Part shown: piece after piece, positions 49,862 through 59,771 of the stretch
How the letters are laid out: each line of letters starts with the position of its first letter
How positions within the stretch are numbered: the first letter of the stretch is position 1
NCBI GenBank assembly: GCA_027339965.1
Contig: DAHWNL010000036.1
Coordinates: 32,001 to 96,000, forward strand
Direction: 5' to 3'
Source: Granulicella sp.
Lineage (GTDB): Bacteria > Acidobacteriota > Terriglobia > Terriglobales > Acidobacteriaceae
DNA: 64,000 bases
The notes under the pieces: model-generated
Databases searched by the model: none
Seen by the model: only the letters and a program-made list of their open reading frames with translations
What the model was told of the DNA's origin: nothing
Program-made: the position numbers and the translations under genes

Positions 49862-50604
49862 GAGCGATTCTTGTTCTTTGCATCCGGCAGCTGAAGCGCT
49901 ATATCCGGTCGCCGGCGCGCATCGTTGGGTCGCTGGGCCAGCCGGTGATCTTTCTGCTGGCGCTCGGCTTCGGCATTGGTTCGGTGTTCCGCAGGGCCGG
50001 CTCAGGCAACTACCTGAGCTTTCTGGCTCCGGGAATCATCGTGATGGGCATCATGTTCACGGCCGTGTTCTCCGGAATCGAGATCATCTGGGACCGTCAG
50101 TTCGGCTTCCTCAAGGAGACGCTGGTGGCGCCGGTCTCGCGCCTGCAGATCGTGCTGGGACGGGTTCTGGGCGGCGCCATCGTGGCCATTCTGCAGGGCT
50201 TTGCCGTCTTTCTGGTGTGCCTGGCCTTTGGCTTCCGGGTTCACCAGATCATGATGGCTCCGCTGGCCGTGCTCTTCATGTTCCTCATCGCCATCCTGTT
50301 TACCTCCATTGGCACGGCGATCGGCTCCGTGCTGCAGGATATGCAGGGGTTTCCGCTGGTGATGAACTTTCTGGTGATGCCGCTGTTTTTCTTCTCCGAT
50401 GCTCTGTTTCCCATCAAGGGTCTGCCCAAGGCTTTGGAGGGAGCCCTGCGCCTGAACCCGGTGACGTACGGGGTGGATGGCCTGCGCGGCGCGCTGATCG
50501 GGGTCTCTTCCTTCCATTTTCTGACCGACTTCGCAGTCCTGGCCCTGCTGAGCGCCATCCTGCTGGCCATCGGCAGTTATCTGTTCGCGAAGATTCAGTT
50601 GTGA
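49858..50604 (+). CDS. ABC-2 type exporter permease (DrrB-like)
   Basis: YLSFLAPG, WDRQFGFLKETLVAP, LNPVTYGVDGLR. ATGA overlap. Confidence 0.93.
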   Translation: MRAILVLCIRQLKRYIRSPARIVGSLGQPVIFLLALGFGIGSVFRRAGSGNYLSFLAPGIIVMGIMFTAVFSGIEIIWDRQFGFLKETLVAPVSRLQIVLGRVLGGAIVAILQGFAVFLVCLAFGFRVHQIMMAPLAVLFMFLIAILFTSIGTAIGSVLQDMQGFPLVMNFLVMPLFFFSDALFPIKGLPKALEGALRLNPVTYGVDGLRGALIGVSSFHFLTDFAVLALLSAILLAIGSYLFAKIQL

Positions 50605-50707
50605 GAACTCTGGCGGGGAAAATGGGAGTTGGCCCGCGTACCGATCGGCGTCCGCCCTTCGGCTCTGAGCCCTGTGAGCCATGCAGCGTTCGTCTGACTT
50701 CCGCTGC

Positions 50708-52126
50708 TTATGAAGGCAGCGCTGGGCCACTCGAAGACTCCGCGGGCCCGGAGCTGGCAAGCAGCTCCTCGCGCGAGCGCTGTTCGCTGGAGGCTGAGGC
50801 GTTGCCCGAGACGCCGTAAGCTACCGCGGCCGCAATGATGGCAGGAACGATGAAGGCGTGTCCGCCGGTGGTCTCAGCCACAAAGACCACGGCGGCCAGC
50901 GGCGTCTTGTAGCCGGCTGACAAAAAGGCGGCCATGCCCACCGCGGCGTAGAGGCCGGAGTTGGCGCTATGCACGATGGACTGCGCAAAGGCTGTTCCCA
51001 GAGCTCCACCGGTAAGAAAGAGTGGGACAAACATGGCGCTGACTCCACCCGTGCCCAGCGTGGCGATCGTGGCTCCGAGCTTGAGCGCAGCAAAGGAGAG
51101 CAACTCCGTGGTCGCGTGGTGCCGGTTGAGGATCATCCCCACGGCCTCATAGTTCGGGCCCAGCGGCGTCAGGCGGCCGGGGTAGAGTTGCAGAAAGACC
51201 AGGCCGCACAGGCCGGTCAGCAATCCACCGATCCCCATCTTGACCCAGTGGGGCATACGGGCCCGCATGACGAGGCGACGCACGCGGCGAAAGACGATGA
51301 CGAACACCAGAGCCAGCAGGCCAATGAACAGCCCGAGCATCGCGCTCCAGTAGATATCTCTGCGGGTGTAGGAGCCGACGCTATGGAAGCCGAAGAGCGG
51401 CTTGGCTCCCAGGAACGCGCTGAGGGTTACGAAGGCCACCACAGAGGCAATGAGCGACGGCGCGAGCGCCTCGTAAGCCAGGTCGTCGAGAAAGGGCATC
51501 TCCAGGGCAAAGACGATGCCGGTGAGCGGCGCCCGGAAGACGGCGGACATGCCGGCGGCGGCTCCGCAGATGAGCATGATGCGGCGCTCGCGGTCGCTGA
51601 GAGGGAAGCGGCGCAGCCTGTTCCAGAGTCCAGAACCGATGGCTCCGCCGCCATAGATGCTGGGACCCTCAAGCGCGGCGCTTCCGCCGGAACCCACCGT
51701 GGCGATGGCGGCGGCGATCTTGGGGAAAAAGCTGCGCAGATCCATTCGGCCCCCATGCAGGTGGTAAGCGCGGATCACTTCCTCGGTGGAGTGTTCATTA
51801 GGATCGGGAGTCAACTTCTGCATGATCAGGCCGGCCAGCACCGAACCCGACACCAGCCCGGGCACAATGGCCCAGTGGTGGTCCAGATAAGTGCTCAGTA
51901 CAAGCGGCCACAACCAGTCCAAAAGGACCATCACCAGTCCGGTGATGGCAAGGCCTGTGACTACCCCGGCGATGGGCGCCAGCAGTAGACATTTGCGCGG
52001 ATTGCAGGCTTCGGCGCGAGTGTCGCCTGCACCCTCCTGGAAGAACAGACGGCGGACCAGACGCTGGAAGGGAATAAGGTGCTGAGACCCGCTGTTCTGG
52101 CGAGCAGAATCACCCGAGGTGTTCAT
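50708..52126 (-). CDS. CLC-family anion channel/transporter, no CBS domains
   Basis: GGSAALEGP, CGAAAGMSAVFRAPLTG, MFVP, YKTPLA. SD AAGGAGG before ATG 52126. Confidence 0.9.
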   Translation of the reverse strand: MNTSGDSARQNSGSQHLIPFQRLVRRLFFQEGAGDTRAEACNPRKCLLLAPIAGVVTGLAITGLVMVLLDWLWPLVLSTYLDHHWAIVPGLVSGSVLAGLIMQKLTPDPNEHSTEEVIRAYHLHGGRMDLRSFFPKIAAAIATVGSGGSAALEGPSIYGGGAIGSGLWNRLRRFPLSDRERRIMLICGAAAGMSAVFRAPLTGIVFALEMPFLDDLAYEALAPSLIASVVAFVTLSAFLGAKPLFGFHSVGSYTRRDIYWSAMLGLFIGLLALVFVIVFRRVRRLVMRARMPHWVKMGIGGLLTGLCGLVFLQLYPGRLTPLGPNYEAVGMILNRHHATTELLSFAALKLGATIATLGTGGVSAMFVPLFLTGGALGTAFAQSIVHSANSGLYAAVGMAAFLSAGYKTPLAAVVFVAETTGGHAFIVPAIIAAAVAYGVSGNASASSEQRSREELLASSGPAESSSGPALPS

Positions 52127-52611
52127 GAGGTCCTCCTTCGGCGAGGCTGGGGACTGACCGCGCATCGAGGGGTTGGGGCGGTCGTCTGGCCGGTGGCGTT
52201 CCTGGTCTCCAGCGCCTCGGCGCTGGAGACGATCACCGCGCGCACGCGGCCAACCTCTTCGCGGTGCAGGCGGCTGAGACGGAGGAGAATTCTGCGGCCG
52301 CGGGGCGTTAGCGAAACCAGCACCTGACGCTGGTCGACAGTAGAGCTCCGCCTGCGCACCAGTCCGCTGCTTGCAGCCCGTTCGACCAGTCCTACGACAG
52401 AGTTGTTTCGCTCCTGAAGAAACTCGGCCAGTTGGGAGATGGTGGCGACGCCGCGCTCTGAGAATCCGGCGATGCCCAGCAGGAGCTGATGTTGTTGCGG
52501 CGTGACGCCGGCGGACCGGGCTTCTTTTTCGCTGAAGCGAAGAAAGCGCCGGAGCGCGTAGCGGAAGTTGGCTAAACCACGCAGCAACTCGTGGTCGGGC
52601 GGTTGGTTCAT
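52123..52611 (-). CDS. MarR-family transcriptional regulator
   Basis: LANFRYALRRFLRFSE, VTPQQHQLLL, LVERA, DQRQVLVSLTPRG. ATGA-coupled to the CLC gene. Confidence 0.9.
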   Translation of the reverse strand: MNQPPDHELLRGLANFRYALRRFLRFSEKEARSAGVTPQQHQLLLGIAGFSERGVATISQLAEFLQERNNSVVGLVERAASSGLVRRRSSTVDQRQVLVSLTPRGRRILLRLSRLHREEVGRVRAVIVSSAEALETRNATGQTTAPTPRCAVSPQPRRRRTS

Positions 52612-52661
52612 TCTGGCGAGCTCCGGAGCGGCGCGCTTCCTGCGCAGATAGCCGCACTTAA

Positions 52662-52705
52662 ATTAGATCGCAATGCAATCTAATGTTACATCGCATGATG
52701 ATCTT
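52662..52705. promoter_or_regulatory. Tandem imperfect palindromes, candidate MarR operator
   Basis: ATTAGATCGCA-A-TGCAATCTAAT (10/11 symmetric) followed by the related TACATCGCATGATGATCTT, in an AT-rich patch about 50-95 nt upstream of marR. Confidence 0.6.
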
Positions 52706-53168
52706 TTTACCAGGAGATCCGGAGTAAGAGGCTGGTAGCTCCGGCCATCTGAGCTTCGGAATCGAGAGGGTCGGGCAGGCCAGGTTGCGATGGAGAGACG
52801 CGCCTTGGCGCCACTTCTTCGCGCGGTGGACCTGCTCGCTCCCTCTTGGCCCCGTTCTCCGTGCCCACGGTTGGGGCGGGACGGATGGGGTCGATGCCGG
52901 GAGGTTTGGGGCGGGCAAGCGAATGCAATCAAGCCGCTCCTCCAGCGGTCATCGGATCCGCTGGCTCCTATGGCGGTGAACTCCAAGGGGTTGGAGCGGG
53001 TTTGCTCCACGCGGCGTCCTCTCTCTCTGAGAGCATTGCATTCTCAAGGCGGCTCCGGATGAGGGGCAAGTGCCGCCTCGATTGGAAGATTCGTTGCCTG
53101 GGAGCGGAAAAAATCCCGTGCGGGAGGCTGTGGGGAGATTGATAATCTTCTCAGGAAGGTTTTCGATC

Positions 53169-54074
53169 ATGAGCCTGCGCAGATCTTCGCTCTTTGTGAT
53201 GTTGGCCTGGATCTTGCCTGGCATTGCCTGGGCCGGCCTTGCCGTTTTGGCGGGGATGCATGCAGGCCTGCGCAGCGTCGGCGCCGGCAGATCCAATGGA
53301 GACATGCGGAGACCGAAGCTGGCGAGGGCAGCTCCCGTCTCCGCCAGTGTCTTGTTACACGGCAAGCAGCCGGAGCGCAGGCTGGAGATAAGACCCGTCT
53401 TTCTGGGTCCGGAGAGCGCATGGCCGGAACAGGAGAGCGGATGGCAAGGGCCAGTTCCAGTTCCCATCCAACTCCGGAATCCCAGCGGACTGGCAGAGGG
53501 AAAGGTGCTGGTGGCCAGCCGCAGATTGGGCGATCCGCTCTTTGCCAGAACTGTGATCCTGCTGGTTCACTATGATCGCAGGAGTGTGCTGGGGCTGGTG
53601 CTCAACCGGCGCACCAAGGTGCCAATCTCGCGCGTTTTCAATCTAAAGGCCGCCAGGGATCGCAGCGATCCGGTGTATCTCGGCGGGCCGGTGCAGCCTT
53701 CAGTGGTATTCGCTCTGCTGAAGTCACCGGTTGAATTGAAGAAGGCGGATCGGGTCTTCGACCAGGTATATCTGATCTCCCAAAAGAATCTCTTTGAAAA
53801 AGAGTTGGCGTCCCGGCCGGATCCGGCCGTCTTCCATGTGTACCTGGGCTATGCGGGCTGGACGCAGCAGCAACTTCAGTCCGAGGTACGGTTGGGCGCC
53901 TGGTTCATCTTTCCGGCGGAGGCGGACGAAGTCTTCAACTCCGATCCTGAGGCGCTTTGGAGCCGGATGATTCGAGAGACCGAGTTGGAATCGGCGCAGG
54001 CGGAGCCATTGCCGGGGATCGTCTCGGGGAGGGAAGGCTTTGAGCGCGCTGCCTTCGTCCTGCACCAGCCTTGA
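53169..54074 (+). CDS. YqgE/AlgH-family protein with a hydrophobic N-terminal extension
   Basis: GKVLVAS, DPLFARTVILL, LGLVLNR, YLGGPV, YLGYAGW...QL..E...GAW. Confidence 0.85.
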   Translation: MSLRRSSLFVMLAWILPGIAWAGLAVLAGMHAGLRSVGAGRSNGDMRRPKLARAAPVSASVLLHGKQPERRLEIRPVFLGPESAWPEQESGWQGPVPVPIQLRNPSGLAEGKVLVASRRLGDPLFARTVILLVHYDRRSVLGLVLNRRTKVPISRVFNLKAARDRSDPVYLGGPVQPSVVFALLKSPVELKKADRVFDQVYLISQKNLFEKELASRPDPAVFHVYLGYAGWTQQQLQSEVRLGAWFIFPAEADEVFNSDPEALWSRMIRETELESAQAEPLPGIVSGREGFERAAFVLHQP

Positions 54075-54092
54075 GCAGCTCGTTTGGAACTG

Positions 54093-54400
54093 TTACTGGA
54101 CCTGGACCGTGGCTTGCAAAGGAAGATCGGTCGAGGAGTCGCCGGCCAGCAGGACGATGGGCGTAGCTTCTACTTCCAGCGCTTGGGTGTGCTTGTCCCA
54201 GTAGGCCAGGCGTTGTGCGGAGATGGCAATTTGCAGGGTCTTGCTCTGTCCGGCGGGGAAGCGGACGCGCTGGAAGCCGTCCAACTCTTTGCGCGGAGTC
54301 CGGATCGTCTACGTAGAGCTGTACCACGGCATCGCCGGCCCGCTGACCGGTGTTGTACACATTCCTGCTGACGGTGATCGCGCCGCCTTTATTTAAGAGA
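54093..54400 (-). pseudogene. Remnant of a GH3 beta-glucosidase C-terminal fibronectin-III-like domain
   Basis: ITVS.NVYNTGQRAGDAVVQLYV, frameshift near 54295, then KELDGFQRV.FPAGQSK...LAYWD...AGDSS; no catalytic domains upstream. Confidence 0.75.
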
Positions 54401-54875
54401 CGCGCCGCCTTGAAAAATAGATGGTCTGGATTGGAGTCTCCGGAGACTGGCAAAGCGCGGCTGGAGCGTGTGGAGGGCGACCCGGATCCAGACGACCCAG
54501 CCGTCGCCGGGCCATGCAAACGCGGCCGCCTGTTCATTCTGCCCGATCTCGCGGAGCGCAGGCAACAAGACGGGGATCTCCTGGGATGCTGCCAAAGTCC
54601 ACCATGGATCTGCTTGATTTCACGGGTATTTGCGAGGCCTGGATCTCACCCACCGGGAGAACGCCAGGCCGGCCCAGTGCCAGGCCGCCGAACTCGATTG
54701 TTCCAACTCAAATTGTTGGAACAGTTCCCGGCGCCTTCACGTATGATGTTTTGCACTCGGGCTTTTGATGTCAACCCGGCCGGCTGCCCCCGCGGTTCGG
54801 CTGTCCTTTCCTCGTCGCATCCTCACCATCGCGGCCTGCGCCTGTCTTCCTTTGGGCCGTTCAGGAGAATCCTCT

Positions 54876-55775
54876 GTGCCGGAGTCCACGCACCCACTCG
54901 AACTGCGCATTCAGAATCTGACCAAAACCTACAAGAACGGCGTCAAGGCGCTCGACGGCGTTTCGCTCGTGATTCCACGCGGCCTGTACGGCCTGTTGGG
55001 GCCCAATGGCGCGGGCAAATCCACTCTGATGCGCACCATCGCCACGCTTCAGGAACCCGACGCCGGCACGATCCGCTTTGGTTCCATCGATGTGCTGGCG
55101 CAGAAGGAAGAGGTTCGCAAGCTGCTCGGCTATCTGCCGCAGGACTTTGGCGTCTATCCCCGGGTCAGCGCTGAAGATATGCTCGACCACCTGGCTCTGC
55201 TCAAAGGCCTCACCCAGGGCAAAGAGCGGCGCGAAGTCGTCCACGCCATGCTCCAACGCGTCAACCTCTGGGAGCATCGCCGCAAGGCGCTCAGCGGATT
55301 CTCGGGCGGCATGCGCCAGCGCTTTGGCATCGCACAGGCCCTGCTGGCGAATCCGCGTCTGCTGATTGTGGACGAGCCGACGGCCGGGCTTGATCCCGGC
55401 GAGCGAAATCGCTTCTACAATCTGCTGGCTGAGATCGGCGAAGATGTCGTCGTCATCCTCTCCACTCACATCGTGCAGGACGTGATGGAGTTGTGCCGTA
55501 ACATGGCCATCATTCATCAGGGTCGGGTGCTCTTTGCCGGCTCGCCCGAGGCCGCCGTGGCCAGCCTCGAAGACCGCGTCTGGGCGCGCAGCGTCGCCCG
55601 CGAACAGGTGGAAGAATATCGATCCCGCATGGCCGTCATCTCTCACAAACTCGTCGCCGGCCAACCACGGATTCATGTACTTGCCGATGAGGCGCCGGAG
55701 CCGGGCTTTTTCGCGGTTTCGGCCGATCTTGAAGATGTCTTCTTCGCCAACATCGCCGGTCTGCGCATCAACTAA
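54876..55775 (+). CDS. ABC transporter ATP-binding protein
   Basis: GPNGAGKST, FSGGMRQR, IVDEPTAGLDP, STH. GTG start after AGGAG. Confidence 0.95.
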   Translation: MPESTHPLELRIQNLTKTYKNGVKALDGVSLVIPRGLYGLLGPNGAGKSTLMRTIATLQEPDAGTIRFGSIDVLAQKEEVRKLLGYLPQDFGVYPRVSAEDMLDHLALLKGLTQGKERREVVHAMLQRVNLWEHRRKALSGFSGGMRQRFGIAQALLANPRLLIVDEPTAGLDPGERNRFYNLLAEIGEDVVVILSTHIVQDVMELCRNMAIIHQGRVLFAGSPEAAVASLEDRVWARSVAREQVEEYRSRMAVISHKLVAGQPRIHVLADEAPEPGFFAVSADLEDVFFANIAGLRIN

Positions 55776-55789
55776 CCCGAGGATCTCCC

Positions 55790-58700
55790 ATGCTGCGTTT
55801 TTTCACCTTTGAGGTTCGCTACTGGCTGCGTTCGACGATGCTCTGGGTCTTCACCGCCATCGTCGCGTTGCTCGTCCTGCTCGCCTTAAGCACCGACCAG
55901 GTTACCGTGGGCGGAGCCATCGGCAACACCTTGCGCAATGCGCCCTTTGTCATCCAGCAGTTTTACTCCACCATGTGGTTCATCACGATGCTGATGACCG
56001 TGGCCTTTGTCAACTCCGCCGCCTCGCGCGAATTCGCGGTAAACATGCACCAGATCCTGTTCACCAAGCCAATCCGGCGCATGGACTTCCTGCTTGGCCG
56101 GTTTTTCGGCGCCGTCGTGGTCTCCACCATTCCGATGCTCGGCATCAGCGTGGGCGCGCTGCTGGCGCCGCTCATGCCTTGGGCCGATCACGATCGCTTC
56201 GGACCGGTCGTCTGGGCCGCGCATGCCGTCAGCATCCTGCTCTTCGCACTGCCCAACACGCTTTTCATCGCAGCCATTCTATTCACCATCGCCGTGCTCA
56301 CGCGCTCGACGATTCTCTCCTTTATCGGCGGCATCCTGCTCATCGTCGCCGACGCCGTCGCCGCTGCATTCACCTCGGACATGCGTAATGAAAAGCTCGC
56401 TGCCATGCTCGATCCCTTCGGCAACGACGCCTTCAACTATGCCACCAAATACTGGACCGTGGCGCAGCGCAACAACCACGTGCTCAGCTTGGACGGAATG
56501 CTGTTGTGGAATCGCCTGTTGTGGATCGCCGTGGGTCTTGCCGTCTTCGCCATCGCCTGCTGGCGATTCCGTTTTGAAGAGCGTGCCGAGCGTGTCTCCA
56601 GGAAAAAGGCCGCTGTAGCCGAAGAGAATCTTGCCACATCCGTATCGCGCCCCGCCTTCAACCTGCACTTCGGAGCCTTGGCGCGGGTGTCCCAAGTGTT
56701 GGCTACGACGAGAATCGAGACACGTCGGCTGATGAAGACCCTCACCTTCATTGTGCTCACCCTGGCCGCGCTGTTGAACTGCGTGGCGGCACTCATCTTC
56801 AACGCCCGCTCCGGGTATGGACTGACCGCCCGCCCGGTCACCTATTCGATGATCGACATCATCCGTGGAACCCTGTACATCTTTCTCGTCGCCATGATCA
56901 CCTTCTTTGCCGGAGCGCTGGTCTGGGAGGAGCGCGATGCGCGCGTCGATGAGGTGCAGGATGCGCTGCCGGTTCCGGAATGGCCGAGCTTCGTCGCCAA
57001 GTTCTTCGCCCTGCTGGCTGCGGTTGCTTCCATCCTCGCTCTGGTTCTCTGCGTGTCCGTCGCCGTTCAGGCATTCGACCATTACACCCGCTTCCAGATC
57101 GGCCTGTACGTGGACGAGCTGCTCTTTCATGTCATGGTCAGCTTTGCCTTCTTCACCGCGCTGGCCTTCTTGGTCCACGTTCTCTCACCGAACAAGTATG
57201 TCGGTTACTTCGCCTTCATCGCCGTGCTGGTAGCCAACGCATTCATGTGGCGTCCGCTGCACGTTGCCTCGCGGATGCTGAAGTTCGGCTCGTTGCCCAC
57301 CATGACGTACTCCGACTTCTTCGGCTTCGCGCCCTGGATCATCTCCTGGCGCTGGTTTGCTGTCTATTGGGGGTTTTTCTGCCTGCTGCTCTCTGTCGTC
57401 AGCGTCCTGCTCTGGCAGCGCGGCCGCGATACGCGCTGGCGCGCGCGCCTGTTCAGCGCCCGACAGCGCTTTCGCGGCGTGGTCCGCGCTGCTGGCTTCC
57501 TCGGCCTCGCCGGCTTCCTGCTGACTGGCGCGTGGGTTTACTACAACACGGAGATCCTGAACCCCTTTGACAGCGAATACCAGGCTCAGCGTCGCCAGGC
57601 CGACTACGAGAAGCACTGGAAGAAGTACCAGAACCTTCCTCAGCCGCGCATCGCCGATGTCCACTACAACGTCGCCATCTACCCGCGTCATCGCGGACTG
57701 GTCCTGCACGCGGCCGAGCAGATTGAGAACGAAACATCGGCGCCGATCTCCCAGGTCTGGTTTACGACCGATCGCAACTTCACCTCCCGCATCGCGCTGC
57801 CCGGCGCAAAGCTGGCCACCAACGACGCCGAAACCGGCTTCCGCATCTACAACCTGACCACGCCCATGCGGCCGGGCGAACAGCGCACGCTTCAACTCGA
57901 CGTTGAAAGCCATCCGCATGGCTTTGAAAATCAGACCACGATGACCGGGATCGTGCAGAACGGCACCTTTTTCAACAACACGATCCTGCCGCAGATCGGC
58001 TATCAGGAGGACAATGAACTCACCGATCCCAACGTGCGCCATCGCTTCGGCTTGAAGGAAAAGGACCTTATGCCGAAGCTCGAGGTCAACTGTACAGCCG
58101 ACTGCGGCAATACCTACATCTCAAACAACTCCGACTGGGTCAACGTCGATACCGTCATCAGTACCAGCCGCAGCCAGACGGCCATTGCGCCCGGCTCGCT
58201 CATCCGCACGTGGGTTCAAGGCAATCGCAACTACTACGAGTACAGACTGGACCACTTTGCGCTCAACTTCTACTCTTTTCTCTCCGCCGATTACACCGTT
58301 GCGCGCCGCACATGGACTGCGCCCAACGGCCAGACGATCCTGATCGAGGTCTATTACCTGCGTGAGCAGCCGTGGAACGTTCCGCGCATGCTCAACTCCG
58401 TCCAGAAATCGTTCGCCTACTACACCGCCAACTTCGGCCCGTACTACCAGCGTGAGGCCCGCATCGTCGAGTTTCCGCGCGTGGCCAGCTTCGCTCAGGC
58501 CTTCCCTGGAACCATGCCCTACTCGGAGTCGATCGGCTTCATCGCCGACATTGAAAAGCCCGACGACATCGACATGGTCTTTTACGTTGTCGCGCACGAG
58601 ATGGCGCACCAGTGGTGGGCGCACCAACTCATCGGCGCAAATATGGAGGGCGCGACCTCGCTCTCCGAAACGCTCGCCCAGTATTCGGCGCTCATGGTTA

Positions 58701-59404
58701 TGGAGAAGGAGTACGGCCAGAATGCGATGCGCAAATTCCTTCAGTATGAGATGGATGCTTACCTGCGCGCGCGCGGCACGGAGCGACTGAAGGAGCGGCC
58801 GCTCATGCGGGTGGAAGCCAGCCAGGGCTACATCCACTATCGCAAAGGCTCCGTCGTCATGTACTACCTGCGCGACATGATCGGCGAGGATCACGTGAAC
58901 GCCGCCTTGCGCCAGATCCTTGGCGAATTCGGCTACCATGGCGCTCCCTATCCCACCTCCTGGGCCTTGGTCAACGCACTCTCCGCGCAGACTCCCGCGC
59001 AGTACCAGTACCTGATCCAGGACCTCTTCAAGGACATCACCATCTTCTCCAACCGCGCCCTCAGCGCCACTGCCGTCAAGCGGCCCGATGGCAAATATCT
59101 TGTCACCGTGGTGATCCAGACGCACAAATATAAGGCCGATGCCAAGGGCAACGAGGTTGAAGTGTCGATGAATGACTGGATCGACGTCGGCGCTCTGGCC
59201 GCGCCACCGAAAGGCTTCCATTACGGCGCTGTTCTGGCCCGCGAGCGCGTTCACATCGTCAGCGGAGAGAAGGGAGCGACCAACACCTACAGCTTTGTCA
59301 CGGATACGCTGCCGGACAAGGCCGGCGTCGATCCGCTGTTGCTGCTCATTGATCGCATTCCTGACGATAACCTCAAGAAGGTGGATCTTATCTCGAAGAG
59401 ATGA
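55790..59404 (+). CDS. Fusion of a duplicated ABC-2 permease and a C-terminal M1-type zinc peptidase
   Basis: About 580 aa multi-TM region with two permease-like halves; soluble domain with HEMAHQWW, downstream LSE and YIHYRKG. Confidence 0.9.
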   Translation: MLRFFTFEVRYWLRSTMLWVFTAIVALLVLLALSTDQVTVGGAIGNTLRNAPFVIQQFYSTMWFITMLMTVAFVNSAASREFAVNMHQILFTKPIRRMDFLLGRFFGAVVVSTIPMLGISVGALLAPLMPWADHDRFGPVVWAAHAVSILLFALPNTLFIAAILFTIAVLTRSTILSFIGGILLIVADAVAAAFTSDMRNEKLAAMLDPFGNDAFNYATKYWTVAQRNNHVLSLDGMLLWNRLLWIAVGLAVFAIACWRFRFEERAERVSRKKAAVAEENLATSVSRPAFNLHFGALARVSQVLATTRIETRRLMKTLTFIVLTLAALLNCVAALIFNARSGYGLTARPVTYSMIDIIRGTLYIFLVAMITFFAGALVWEERDARVDEVQDALPVPEWPSFVAKFFALLAAVASILALVLCVSVAVQAFDHYTRFQIGLYVDELLFHVMVSFAFFTALAFLVHVLSPNKYVGYFAFIAVLVANAFMWRPLHVASRMLKFGSLPTMTYSDFFGFAPWIISWRWFAVYWGFFCLLLSVVSVLLWQRGRDTRWRARLFSARQRFRGVVRAAGFLGLAGFLLTGAWVYYNTEILNPFDSEYQAQRRQADYEKHWKKYQNLPQPRIADVHYNVAIYPRHRGLVLHAAEQIENETSAPISQVWFTTDRNFTSRIALPGAKLATNDAETGFRIYNLTTPMRPGEQRTLQLDVESHPHGFENQTTMTGIVQNGTFFNNTILPQIGYQEDNELTDPNVRHRFGLKEKDLMPKLEVNCTADCGNTYISNNSDWVNVDTVISTSRSQTAIAPGSLIRTWVQGNRNYYEYRLDHFALNFYSFLSADYTVARRTWTAPNGQTILIEVYYLREQPWNVPRMLNSVQKSFAYYTANFGPYYQREARIVEFPRVASFAQAFPGTMPYSESIGFIADIEKPDDIDMVFYVVAHEMAHQWWAHQLIGANMEGATSLSETLAQYSALMVMEKEYGQNAMRKFLQYEMDAYLRARGTERLKERPLMRVEASQGYIHYRKGSVVMYYLRDMIGEDHVNAALRQILGEFGYHGAPYPTSWALVNALSAQTPAQYQYLIQDLFKDITIFSNRALSATAVKRPDGKYLVTVVIQTHKYKADAKGNEVEVSMNDWIDVGALAAPPKGFHYGAVLARERVHIVSGEKGATNTYSFVTDTLPDKAGVDPLLLLIDRIPDDNLKKVDLISKR

Positions 59405-59685
59405 CTCCGTCCCGAGACGCCGGCAGGCGGTAGCCATTCAAACGGCCGCGGGTCTTGCGCCTTCGGCCAAATTTCCGCTCATCGCCCACGCTGATGCGCG
59501 GCGGCTGCATTTCGACGGCCTGCCTGCATCGCCGGGGAGGCTGCCTGGAAGATATCTCCGCCTCGGATCCGGATGTCTCCGGAACCGAGGCCAGGTGTCT
59601 GCGCCTCAATCTGCCGAACAGCGGTCTGCCAGGGAAAGATCCGGTGCCGAGAACAATCTACACGCCGTAAGGTGAGCTGTCAGCG

Positions 59686-59717
59686 TCAAAGAGCGCGGCT
59701 CAAGCCGCGCCCTTTGA
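59686..59717. terminator. Bidirectional terminator between convergent genes
   Basis: TCAAAGAGCGCGGCT-CA-AGCCGCGCCCTTTGA. Confidence 0.7.
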
Positions 59718-59771
59718 GGTAAGCATGGGAGGTGTCCAGGCTCCGGTAGAACCGCTTGCTTCAGCAACGGC

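Noticed and set aside
50708..52657. 649-aa ORF implying a long N-terminal extension on the CLC
   Set aside because: The extension overlaps marR in another frame; a strong SD and ATGA coupling place the start at 52126.
52706..53100. Fluoride riboswitch upstream of the CLC operon
   Set aside because: Only partial look-alike words (GGAGTTC, GATGAC) without the required pairing; the CLC is not CLC-F type.
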